A DNA stretch of 64,000 nt from Candidatus Eiseniibacteriota bacterium (lineage in GTDB: Bacteria; Eisenbacteria; RBG-16-71-46; SZUA-252), in the NCBI GenBank assembly GCA_963703225.1, contig OY969801.1, positions 1,312,001 to 1,376,000 of the forward strand, in the 5' to 3' direction. The notes below the pieces were generated by a model. That model made no database searches, was not told where the DNA came from, and worked only from the letters and a program-made list of their open reading frames with translations. Positions 19,628-28,394 of this stretch are shown in pieces. The translations under genes and the position numbers were made by a program. Every line of letters starts with the position of its first letter. Position 1 is the stretch's first letter.

Positions 19628-20408
19628 TCGCCGATCGGCGACCTACAGGCTCGCGGTTGAGTATGACGGCACCGACTTTCACGGCTGGCAGGTCCAGAGC
19701 CGCCACCGCACCGTTCAAGGCGATCTGGAGCAGGCGCTTCGCCGCCTCGCGGAGGGACAGGTTCGCGTGGCCGGCGCGGGGCGCACCGACGCCGGATGTC
19801 ACGCGGCAGGGCAGGTGGCGAGCGTGAGGCTCACCACACGGCTGACGCCGGAGCGCCTTGGGCGCGCGCTCAACGCGATTCTGCCCGCGGATCTCCGGGT
19901 GGTGGAGGTCGCGGAAGTCGATCCCAAGTTCCACGCCCGGTTCGACGCGTCGCGCCGCGCGTATCGCTACCTGGTTCATCCGGGGCCGACGGCGCTCCGC
20001 CGCCGCTACGTCTGGGTGCGGCCGGTTCGGGCAACCGTGTCGGCTCTCAACGACGCGTCGCGGGCGCTCCTCGGAGACCACGATTTCACGACCTTCTCCA
20101 AGAAGGGGAGCGACAACGGAGGTCCGCGATGTCGCGTGACGCGCGCCCGCTGGAGCCAGGGCCCAAACGGGTTCGCGTTCGACATCGAGGCGGACCGCTT
20201 CCTGTACACTATGGTCCGTAGGATCGTCTCGACGGTGATCGACGCCTCCGAGCGCGGATCAGGGGCGCGGGCGGTCAAGGACGCGCTCGAGGCGACGGAC
20301 CGGCGCGCTGCCGCGCCTCCGGCGCCGGCGCACGGTCTCTGCTTGATGCGGGTTCGGTATCCCCGGGTGGGATGGATTCCCAAGGAGCCCCTCCATGTCT
20401 TCGCATGA
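19617..20408 (+). CDS. truA: tRNA pseudouridine(38-40) synthase
   Basis: EYDGTDFHGWQ, GRTDAGCHA, FHARF, FLYTMVR, PAHGLCL. Confidence 0.95.
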   Translation: MASDRRSATYRLAVEYDGTDFHGWQVQSRHRTVQGDLEQALRRLAEGQVRVAGAGRTDAGCHAAGQVASVRLTTRLTPERLGRALNAILPADLRVVEVAEVDPKFHARFDASRRAYRYLVHPGPTALRRRYVWVRPVRATVSALNDASRALLGDHDFTTFSKKGSDNGGPRCRVTRARWSQGPNGFAFDIEADRFLYTMVRRIVSTVIDASERGSGARAVKDALEATDRRAAAPPAPAHGLCLMRVRYPRVGWIPKEPLHVFA

Positions 20409-21629
20409 CGCGACCCCGCCGGCGCGCGGGAGAACAGCCTGGTCGATTGGCACTCTTCTGGCCGGAGTTCTTTTCGGGCTCCTCCTTTTGGTCGCGCTCC
20501 TTCTGGGGTCGCGCGGCAAGTCAAAGGATGGCGGTCCGGCGGCCGATTCCATGCCGGTCGCCGACGCCGCCGAGACGAGCGCCGCGGCTCCCGAGGCGAT
20601 CGATCACTCTCGCCGCACCGCGATCGTGGAGGCCGCGCAGCGCGTCGGCCCCTCCGTCGTGACCTTGAGCGTCGTGCAGACGCGCGTCGTCCAGACGGCG
20701 CCGGTTCCGATGGGAAACGAGTTCTTCGAGCCCTTTTTCAGGGACATGATTCCCCAGTATCGCTACCGGGAGCAGATCCCGAGCATGGGGTCGGGGTTCA
20801 TCATCTCCCGGGATGGCTACGTCCTGACCAACGAGCACGTGGTTCACGGCGCCGACAAGATCACGGTGATCCTCTCCGACGGGCGGTCCTTCGTCGGACG
20901 ACTCGTCGGCGCGCATCCCCAGTACGACCTCGCGATCGTGAAGATCGACGGTAAGGATCTCCCCGTGGCACCCCTCGGCACCTCGAGCGATCTCTTGGTC
21001 GGCGAGTGGGCGATCGCGATCGGCAACCCGTTCGGCTATCTCCTCAACGACACCCAGCCGACCGTGACGGCCGGGGTGATCAGCGCGACGCGCCGCGACA
21101 TCAAGTCGCAGAGCGAGAGCGTGGGGATCTACAAGAACATGATCCAGACCGACGCGGCCATCAATCCGGGGAACTCGGGCGGGCCCTTGGTCAACGCGCG
21201 GGGGGAAGTCATCGGGATCAATACCTTCATCTTCACCAAGAGCGGCGGCTCGGAGGGGATCGGGTTCGCCATCCCGATCGACGCGACGAAGCGGGTGGTG
21301 GATGAGATCATCAAGTACGGGAAGGTCCGGAACGTCTGGATCGGCGTTCGCACGTGGGAATTGACCCCCTACGTGGCGGAGCGTCTCGGCACCACCGACC
21401 GGAACGGTCTCTACGTCGCCGTCATCGAGCGGGGAAGCCCGGCCGACAAGGCGGGCGTCAAAGTGGCCGATATCATCCGGAAGGTGAACGGCACCCCGGT
21501 GCGGGACAGCAACGAAGCCTACCGGGTGATTTTCGGCGCCAGCGTCGGCGACACCATCACGCTGACGGTGGAGCGGGACGGAAGCTGCTCACCCTGAAGC
21601 TGCTTTTGGCGGAATCTCCCGAGGAATGA
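20395..21629 (+). CDS. HtrA/DegP-family serine protease with PDZ domain (frameshift near the C-terminus)
   Basis: GSGFII, TNEHVV, DLAIVK, TDAAINPGNSGG, then one PDZ domain. Last residues lie in ORF 21354..21629. Confidence 0.92.
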
Positions 21630-21633
21630 CGCC

Positions 21634-22947
21634 ATGATCGCGCGCTACAGCCGGACGGAGATGGCGGCGCTCTTCGAGGACGAGGCGCGGTACCGCACAT
21701 GGCTCGAGGTGGAGCTGGCGGTGGCGCAGGAGATGGAGCGCCGCGGGGAGATCCCGCGCGGCGTCACCGCCCGCGTCCGAGACAAGGCGAGGGTCGATCC
21801 GAAGCGGATCGACGAGCTGGAGGCGACGCTGCGCCACGACGTGATCGCTTTTCTCACGCAGGTGGGCGAATCGGCGGGGGCGGACGCGCGCCACCTCCAC
21901 CTCGGCATGACCTCCTCCGACCTCGTCGACACGGCGCTCGCGCTGACGCTGACGCGCGCGGTCGATCTGCTGGTTCGGGAGGTGGAGGCTCTCCGGGAGA
22001 CGGCCCGGTCGCTCGCGCTGAAGTATCGCGAGACCCCGATGGTCGGGCGCACCCACGGGATCCACGCGGAGCCGATCACGTTCGGTCTCAAGATTCTGGT
22101 CTGGTACGAGGAGCTGGGGCGCGCGCTCACGCGGCTCGGCGCGGCGCGTCGGAGCGTCGCGGTCGGGAAGCTCTCGGGCGCGGTCGGCACCCTGGCGCAT
22201 CTGACCCCCGAGCTCGAGGAGGGCGTGTTGGGCGCGCTCGGGCTCGCGGCGGAGCCCGCGGCGACCCAGGTCGTGCAGCGCGATCGCCATGCCGAGCTTC
22301 TCTCGGGCTTGGCACTCCTCGGCGCGTCGCTCGAGAAGATCGCGCTCGAGATCCGCCACCTGCAGCGGACGGAAGTACTCGAGGTCGAGGAGCCCTTCCG
22401 CGAGGGGCAGAAAGGCTCCTCGGCGATGCCCCACAAGCGGAATCCGGTCCTCTGCGAGCGGATCTGCGGGCTCGCCCGGTTACTCCGCGCGAACGCGCAC
22501 GCGGCTCTGGAGAACGTGGCGCTTTGGCACGAGCGCGACATCAGCCACTCCAGCGTCGAGCGGGTCATCATTCCCGACTCGTTCCTCCTCGCGGACTTCA
22601 TGGCGAGCCAGACGAGGGAGGTCCTTGCGGGCCTTCGGGTCCACCCGGATCGGATGCTGGCGAACCTGGCGATGACGCGCGGTCTCATCTACTCGCAGCG
22701 GGTCCTGCTCGCCTTGACGGTCGCGGGGCTCCCGCGGGAGGCGGCCTACGCGATCGTGCAGGGCCATGCGATGAAGGCATGGAAGGAAGACCCCGATCTT
22801 CGGGCCCGGCTCGCCGCCGATCCGGCCGTGGCCAAGGTCATGAGCCCCTCGGAGCTGGAGGCGTGCTTCGACCCGCGCTATTTCACTCGAAACGTGAGCC
22901 ATATCTTTGATCGTGTTCTAGGAGCATCAGTTGCCGCCAGCCGTTGA
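21634..22947 (+). CDS. purB: Adenylosuccinate lyase
   Basis: MIARY, HLGMTSSD, GRTHGIHAEP, GSSAMPHKRNP, ERDISHSS. Confidence 0.97.
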   Translation: MIARYSRTEMAALFEDEARYRTWLEVELAVAQEMERRGEIPRGVTARVRDKARVDPKRIDELEATLRHDVIAFLTQVGESAGADARHLHLGMTSSDLVDTALALTLTRAVDLLVREVEALRETARSLALKYRETPMVGRTHGIHAEPITFGLKILVWYEELGRALTRLGAARRSVAVGKLSGAVGTLAHLTPELEEGVLGALGLAAEPAATQVVQRDRHAELLSGLALLGASLEKIALEIRHLQRTEVLEVEEPFREGQKGSSAMPHKRNPVLCERICGLARLLRANAHAALENVALWHERDISHSSVERVIIPDSFLLADFMASQTREVLAGLRVHPDRMLANLAMTRGLIYSQRVLLALTVAGLPREAAYAIVQGHAMKAWKEDPDLRARLAADPAVAKVMSPSELEACFDPRYFTRNVSHIFDRVLGASVAASR

Positions 22948-25294
22948 CTCCCAAACTCTCCCCCTGACCGGGGCCGATCCCAAGGCGCTGAAGGCACTCC
23001 TCGCCTCGGAGGGCCTCCGCCTGGCGCCGGGCGAAGTCAGCCGGATGCTGGAGCTTTTGGGGCGGGATCCGACCCGGGTCGAAGCGACCATCTTCGACAC
23101 GATGTGGAGCGAGCACTGCTCCTACAAGAGCAGCCGGTGGGTGCTCCGAGCCTACCTCCCGACCGAGAGCCCCGACGTGATCCTGGGTCCGGGGGAGGAT
23201 GCCGGGGTCGTCCGCTTGGGCGAGCACATGGGAGTCGCCTACGCGCTCGTCATCGCGCACGAGAGCCACAACCATCCGTCCCAGGTGGTGCCGGTCGAAG
23301 GCGCCGCCACCGGCGTCGGCGGGATCGTGCGCGACGTGGCCTGCATGGGCGCCGAGGTGATCGGCGTCATGGACGCGCTCCGCTTCGGGAATCCGGACGG
23401 AGCGAAGGGAAGCGCCGTGCGCGAGATCATCCGCGGCGTGGTCGACGGCATCTGGCAGTACGCGGATCCTCTCGGCGTCCCGAATCTGGGTGGGGACGTC
23501 TTCTTCTCCGATCGCTACGACGAGAACTGCCTCGTGAACGTCGTGGCGCTGGGCGTCGTCCGCGCCGACCGGGTCGTCCGAAGCCGCGTCCCCGAGGCGG
23601 CCCGCCGGGAGCCCTACGTGCTGGTCTTGCTGGGGAAGCCGACCGACGAGACGGGTTTCGGCGGCGCCTCCTTCGCGTCGGCGATCTTGGAAGGGGACGC
23701 GACCGCGCAGCGCGGGCACGTGCAGGTGCCCGATCCGTTCCTGAAGCGGGTGCTGCTCGAAGCGAACCGCGCCGCGCTGACGTGGCTTCACGAGCAGGGC
23801 TCGCCGTTCGGCTTCAAGGATCTCGGCGCGGGCGGGATCGCCTGCGCCTCCTCCGAGCTTGCCGCGGCCGGCGGCTTCGGCATGGACGTCGATCTGGACC
23901 AGGTGCCCACGCCCCGCGCCGACTATCCGCCCGAGGTGATCGCCTGCTCGGAGACCCAGGAGCGTTTCGCGCTGGTGATCCCGGAGCGTCTCGCGCCACG
24001 GCTCCTCAAGATCTACAACGACGACTACGCCCTCCCCAGCGTCTACGAGGGGGCGCGCGCCGCGGTGGTCGGCCGAGTTCGGCCCGACAAGCGCTACCGG
24101 ATTCTCCGCGCCGGCCAGCCGGTCTGCGACACGACGGTCGAGGTCATCACCGCAGGGATCGAGCACCGCCGGCCCCAGCGGCCACGCCCGGCGCGGCCGA
24201 AGCCGACGCCGCTTCCTCCCGTCGGCGACCACGATGCGTTCTTCCGCCGGATGATCGGATCGCCCTCTCTCGGATCCCGGGCACCGATCCTCCGCTACTA
24301 CGACACGGAGGTGCAGGGGCGGATGGTGATCCGCGCCGGCGAGGCCGATGCCTCGGTGATGGCGCCCGTGCCCGGCTCCCCGCTCGGCGCCGCGCTCGCC
24401 GTGGACGGCAATCCTTGGTTCGTCGCCGCCGATCCCTATTGGGGCTCCGCCCACGCCGTCTGCGAGGTGCTCCGGAACCTCGTGGCGGTCGGCGCGCGGC
24501 CATTGGCCCTCACCGATTGCCTCAATTTCGGAAATCCCGAGGACCCGGAGGTCTTCGACGAGTTCGTCCGGAGCGTCCGTGGGCTCGGCGACGCCGCGCG
24601 CGCCCTGGGACCGGAGGGGAACGCGGGGCCGCCGATTCCGTACGTCTCTGGCAACGTCTCCTTCTACAACGAGTCGGCGACGGGTCGCGCGATCGAGCCC
24701 TCGCCCATCGTGGCCGGGCTGGGAGTGCTCGAGGACTACGCCGTGGCCACCACGAGCGCGATCAAGCGCGCCGAGAGCATCCTCGTCCTCACCGGCCCGC
24801 GGGAAGCGCGCGACGGCGCCTCCCAGCTCCGGCATCTCCTCACGGGGGATACCGGGGGCGATCTGCCGACCCTCGATTTCGAGCGGGAGCGCCGGCGGAT
24901 CTACGCGGTGCTCGACGCGGTGCGGCGGGGGCTGGTCCTCTCCTGCCACGACATCTCCGAGGGTGGCCTGGCGGTCGCGGCATTCGAGATGGCGCTGGGT
25001 GGATTCGCATCCCAGGGGCTGGGCATCCAGATTCCGATTTCGGGGATGGGGGAGAGCGCGGCCGAGATCCGGCTCTACTCCGAGGCGCCCGGGTTTCTCT
25101 GCGAGGTGGCGAAGGACCAGCTCCCGGCGTTTCTCGAGCTGTTCCGATCACGGGAAGTCGACGTCACGATGATCGGCCGGACGCTCCCGGAGCCCCGTCT
25201 GCGCTTCCTCGACGCCGGCACCTCGCTCGTCGACGCCAATCTGGCCGATCTCGCCGCGATTCACGCCGGCGCGATCCGGCCCATTGTGGAGTGA
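22931..25294 (+). CDS. purL: FGAM synthase, small-type PurL subunit
   Basis: MWSEHCSYKSS, ESHNHPS, GAATGVGG, DLGAGG, SETQER, TDCLNFGNP, HDISEGG. Confidence 0.96.
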   Translation: MPPAVDSQTLPLTGADPKALKALLASEGLRLAPGEVSRMLELLGRDPTRVEATIFDTMWSEHCSYKSSRWVLRAYLPTESPDVILGPGEDAGVVRLGEHMGVAYALVIAHESHNHPSQVVPVEGAATGVGGIVRDVACMGAEVIGVMDALRFGNPDGAKGSAVREIIRGVVDGIWQYADPLGVPNLGGDVFFSDRYDENCLVNVVALGVVRADRVVRSRVPEAARREPYVLVLLGKPTDETGFGGASFASAILEGDATAQRGHVQVPDPFLKRVLLEANRAALTWLHEQGSPFGFKDLGAGGIACASSELAAAGGFGMDVDLDQVPTPRADYPPEVIACSETQERFALVIPERLAPRLLKIYNDDYALPSVYEGARAAVVGRVRPDKRYRILRAGQPVCDTTVEVITAGIEHRRPQRPRPARPKPTPLPPVGDHDAFFRRMIGSPSLGSRAPILRYYDTEVQGRMVIRAGEADASVMAPVPGSPLGAALAVDGNPWFVAADPYWGSAHAVCEVLRNLVAVGARPLALTDCLNFGNPEDPEVFDEFVRSVRGLGDAARALGPEGNAGPPIPYVSGNVSFYNESATGRAIEPSPIVAGLGVLEDYAVATTSAIKRAESILVLTGPREARDGASQLRHLLTGDTGGDLPTLDFERERRRIYAVLDAVRRGLVLSCHDISEGGLAVAAFEMALGGFASQGLGIQIPISGMGESAAEIRLYSEAPGFLCEVAKDQLPAFLELFRSREVDVTMIGRTLPEPRLRFLDAGTSLVDANLADLAAIHAGAIRPIVE

Positions 25295-25296
25295 CG

Positions 25297-26139
25297 ATGG
25301 CTCGCGTGGCGGTCTTGCAGATTCCGGGGGTCAATTGCGAATACGAAACGGCGCGGGTTCTCGAGACCGTTGGCCTCACCGCGCGGATCGTCCGCTTCAA
25401 CGAGCCGTCCTCCGTGCTGGGGGAATTCGACGCCTACGTCCTTCCCGGAGGGTTCGCGTTCCAGGATCGGATCCGCGCGGGGGCCGTCGCGGCGAAGCTC
25501 CCGGCCGTGGAGCGGATCGCCGCCGAATCGGAGCGGGGGAAGCCGGTGCTCGGCATCTGCAACGGGGCCCAGGTGCTTGTGGAGGCGGGCCTCGTGCCGG
25601 GCGTGCGTTCCGGACGAGTGGAAATGGCGCTCGCGCCCAACCGCGCCCCGCGGCGCCAGGGGTACCTCTGCCGGTGGGTGCGCGTTCGGGCGGAACAAGG
25701 CCCCGGCCGCTCGATCTGGAGCGCCGGCCTTTCGCCCGACGAGGTGGTGCCGCTTCCGATCGCCCACGGCGAAGGGCGATTCGAATCGGCGGATCCTGAC
25801 GTGCGGGGGCGCATCCAAAAGAATGGATTGTCCCTGTTCCGCTACGTCGATCGCGAGGGGCGTCCCGCGGAGCAATATCCCGACGACCCCAACGGCGCGC
25901 TCTTTCAGTCCGCGGGGATCACGAACCTAACCGGCAACGTGCTCGCGTTGATGCCGCACCCCGAGCGGGCGTCCTGGCTTCGTCAGGTGCCGCTGGAGTG
26001 GGACGGCTCGTGGGGCGATCGGCGGAGGCGGTCGGTCGGCTCGTTTACGGCCCTGGAGGGCGCGGGGCCCGGCCGGTTCCTCTTCGAATCGCTCGCGCGA
26101 TACCTGGGAGCGCCCCGCGCGGCGGAGGTCGCCCGATGA
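25297..26139 (+). CDS. purQ: FGAM synthase glutaminase subunit
   Basis: PGVNCE, LPGGF, GICNG, HGEGRF, MPHPER. Confidence 0.95.
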   Translation: MARVAVLQIPGVNCEYETARVLETVGLTARIVRFNEPSSVLGEFDAYVLPGGFAFQDRIRAGAVAAKLPAVERIAAESERGKPVLGICNGAQVLVEAGLVPGVRSGRVEMALAPNRAPRRQGYLCRWVRVRAEQGPGRSIWSAGLSPDEVVPLPIAHGEGRFESADPDVRGRIQKNGLSLFRYVDREGRPAEQYPDDPNGALFQSAGITNLTGNVLALMPHPERASWLRQVPLEWDGSWGDRRRRSVGSFTALEGAGPGRFLFESLARYLGAPRAAEVAR

Positions 26140-26729
26140 GCGCGGTGCTCTTGACGCGCCTCAAGATCGTCGATCTGGCCGCGTGGACCGCCCTCGACGC
26201 GGGGCGCCGGCTGTTGCCCGCGGGACACACGCTCGACCGCCTCGTACGGGAGGAGCTCTACCTCTTCGAGCCGGAGGCGGATGCCGCGGCCGGCGCGTTC
26301 GAGGGAGCGCTCGCGCTGGCGATCGAGAGCAGCAATTTCTTCGTGAACCCGAACAAGGAGCAGTACCGATTTCTCACGGCCGCCGGGCGGGGCGACGCGC
26401 TCCTGGCCCCGTCGGGAGCTTGGGGAATACTGACGAGGCCCCGGGATGAGTCGCGGGACGAGGAGCTTCGGACCCGGCTCCAGCGGGAGCACCCGCTTCC
26501 GGGGCTCGGCGCGATCCGTCGCGCGCGGATCTGGTGGCTCTGGACGAGCGGCCCCGGTGGCGGATCGAATGTCAAAAGCTGCTACCCGGCGCTCGGCCCC
26601 GTGACCGCGAGGAGCAGCGGCCTGCTGGTGAACCCGCACGCCGAGGCGGATCTGCTGTTGGATCGACCCACTTCGTGGCGATCCGTGGAAGCATTCTTGA
26701 GCCAGCCCGCGATCGGGGCGGCAGCGTAG
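26136..26729 (+). CDS. Tandem PurS-like protein
   Basis: Lies between purQ and purF with an ATGA overlap. Two halves end in FFVNPNKE and LLVNPHAE, resembling the PurS LLANPVIE motif. Confidence 0.6.
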   Translation: MSAVLLTRLKIVDLAAWTALDAGRRLLPAGHTLDRLVREELYLFEPEADAAAGAFEGALALAIESSNFFVNPNKEQYRFLTAAGRGDALLAPSGAWGILTRPRDESRDEELRTRLQREHPLPGLGAIRRARIWWLWTSGPGGGSNVKSCYPALGPVTARSSGLLVNPHAEADLLLDRPTSWRSVEAFLSQPAIGAAA

Positions 26730-26738
26730 AGGAGAGGG

Positions 26739-28169
26739 ATGACCGATAAGGAGTTTCGAGACGGTGATCGGCTCCGGGAGGAGTGCGGGGTATTTGGCAT
26801 CTGGGGCGCCGAGAACGCGGCCCGTTTGACCTATGCGGGGCTCTACTCGCTCCAGCACCGCGGCCAGGAGAGCGCCGGCATCGTCGCGACCGACGGAATC
26901 GAGTACCGCGAGCATCGCGGCGTGGGGCTCGTCTCCGACGTCTTCGCCGGGAGCGCGCTCGAGCCGCTCCGGGGGCACGTCGCGATCGGCCACAACCGAT
27001 ACTCCACCACGGGGGGCAGCCAGCTCCAGAACGCCCAGCCGCTCGTGGTGAACTATCGCGAGGGAAAGCTCGCGATCGCCCACAACGGAAATCTCGTGAA
27101 CGCGCTCGCCCTCCGCGACGAAATGGAGAGCCAGGGCTCCATCTTCCAGACCTCGAGCGATACCGAGGTCATCCTCCATCTGATCGCGCGCTCCAAGGCG
27201 ACGGAGATCGAGCGGATGATTCCGGAGGCGCTCGCGCGCTGCCAAGGGGCCTTTTCCCTCGTCCTCCTCGCCGGCGAGAAGCTGATCGGGGTGCGCGACT
27301 CCCGTGGCTTCCGCCCCCTTTGCCTGGGACGCCGCGGCGAAGCCCACGTGCTCGCGAGCGAGACCTGCGCGCTCGACATCGTTGGCGCCGAGTTCATTCG
27401 GGAAGTCGAGCCCGGCGAGATGGTGATCATCGACGGGGAGGGGGTCCGGTCGTTCCGCGTGTTCCAGCCCGACCCCGCGCGGGCCTGTGTCTTCGAGCTG
27501 ATCTACTTTTCGCGGCCCGACAGCGTTGTGTTCGGCGCCAGCGTCGACTCGGTCCGGCGCCGGTTGGGACGCCGGCTCGCCGAGGAGCATCCGGCGGAGG
27601 CGGACATCGTGATCTCGGTGCCCGACTCCAGCAACTCCGCGGCGCTTGGATTCTCGGAGCAGTCCGGCATCCCGTTCGAGCTCGGCTTGATCCGCAATCA
27701 TTACGTCGGCCGCACGTTCATCGCGCCGAAGCAGATTACCCGCGATTTCGGAGTGAATCTCAAGTTCAACGCGGTCCGCCAAATCCTGGAAGGGAAGCGG
27801 GTGGTGGTCGTCGACGATTCCATCGTGCGCGGCACCACAAGCCGGAGCCTGGTCGCGATGCTCCGGGGGGCCGGGGCCAGGGAGGTCCACTTCCGCGTCT
27901 CGAGCCCGCCGATCGGGTGGTCGTGCTATTACGGGATCGACACGCCGAATCGCCGCGAGCTGATCGCCTCCTCGCACACGGTCGAGGAGATTCGACGGTA
28001 CCTCCATGTGGACACGCTGGGGTACCTCTCGATGGACGGCCTTCGCGCGTGCGTCGATCGTCCGGACGGCCACTGCTACGCCTGCTTCAACGGCGACTAT
28101 TCCGTGCGATTCGGCGCGGAAATGGACAAGCTCGCCATGGAGCGGGGAAGGGCCAAAGCCACCTCGTAG
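26739..28169 (+). CDS. purF: Amidophosphoribosyltransferase
   Basis: Propeptide then EE-CGVFG, LQHRGQE, HNRYST, VDDSIVRGTT, C-terminal Fe-S cysteines (CYAC). Confidence 0.97.
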   Translation: MTDKEFRDGDRLREECGVFGIWGAENAARLTYAGLYSLQHRGQESAGIVATDGIEYREHRGVGLVSDVFAGSALEPLRGHVAIGHNRYSTTGGSQLQNAQPLVVNYREGKLAIAHNGNLVNALALRDEMESQGSIFQTSSDTEVILHLIARSKATEIERMIPEALARCQGAFSLVLLAGEKLIGVRDSRGFRPLCLGRRGEAHVLASETCALDIVGAEFIREVEPGEMVIIDGEGVRSFRVFQPDPARACVFELIYFSRPDSVVFGASVDSVRRRLGRRLAEEHPAEADIVISVPDSSNSAALGFSEQSGIPFELGLIRNHYVGRTFIAPKQITRDFGVNLKFNAVRQILEGKRVVVVDDSIVRGTTSRSLVAMLRGAGAREVHFRVSSPPIGWSCYYGIDTPNRRELIASSHTVEEIRRYLHVDTLGYLSMDGLRACVDRPDGHCYACFNGDYSVRFGAEMDKLAMERGRAKATS

Positions 28170-28316
28170 TCGACCCGCGGCCGGGCGTGCAGGATGCGAG
28201 TCGGAGTTCCCGGCTACCTGCATTTCGCACGACCGCCCTCCAGCCGTAGTCCTCGATTCCGCTGTCATCTAGGGAGCTAGCTCGGCCGCCCGCCCGGCGG
28301 CGGCCCGCTCAGCCCG

Positions 28317-28331
28317 TGGCATGAAGATTGC
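28317..28331 (+). promoter_or_regulatory. sigma54 (-24/-12) promoter
   Basis: TGGCATGAAGATTGC (GG-N10-GC), about 63 nt before the PilB-like start. Confidence 0.65.
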
Positions 28332-28394
28332 CCCTCGACCCGGCGTAGCACTCCCAGGCCTCATTCAGAAGCGCGGGGAAACGAGGGGCGAGTC

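Noticed and set aside
23104..26139. 1011-aa ORF suggesting a large fused PurQ
   Set aside because: The N-terminal part is an off-frame shadow of purL. Real PurQ starts at ATG 25297.
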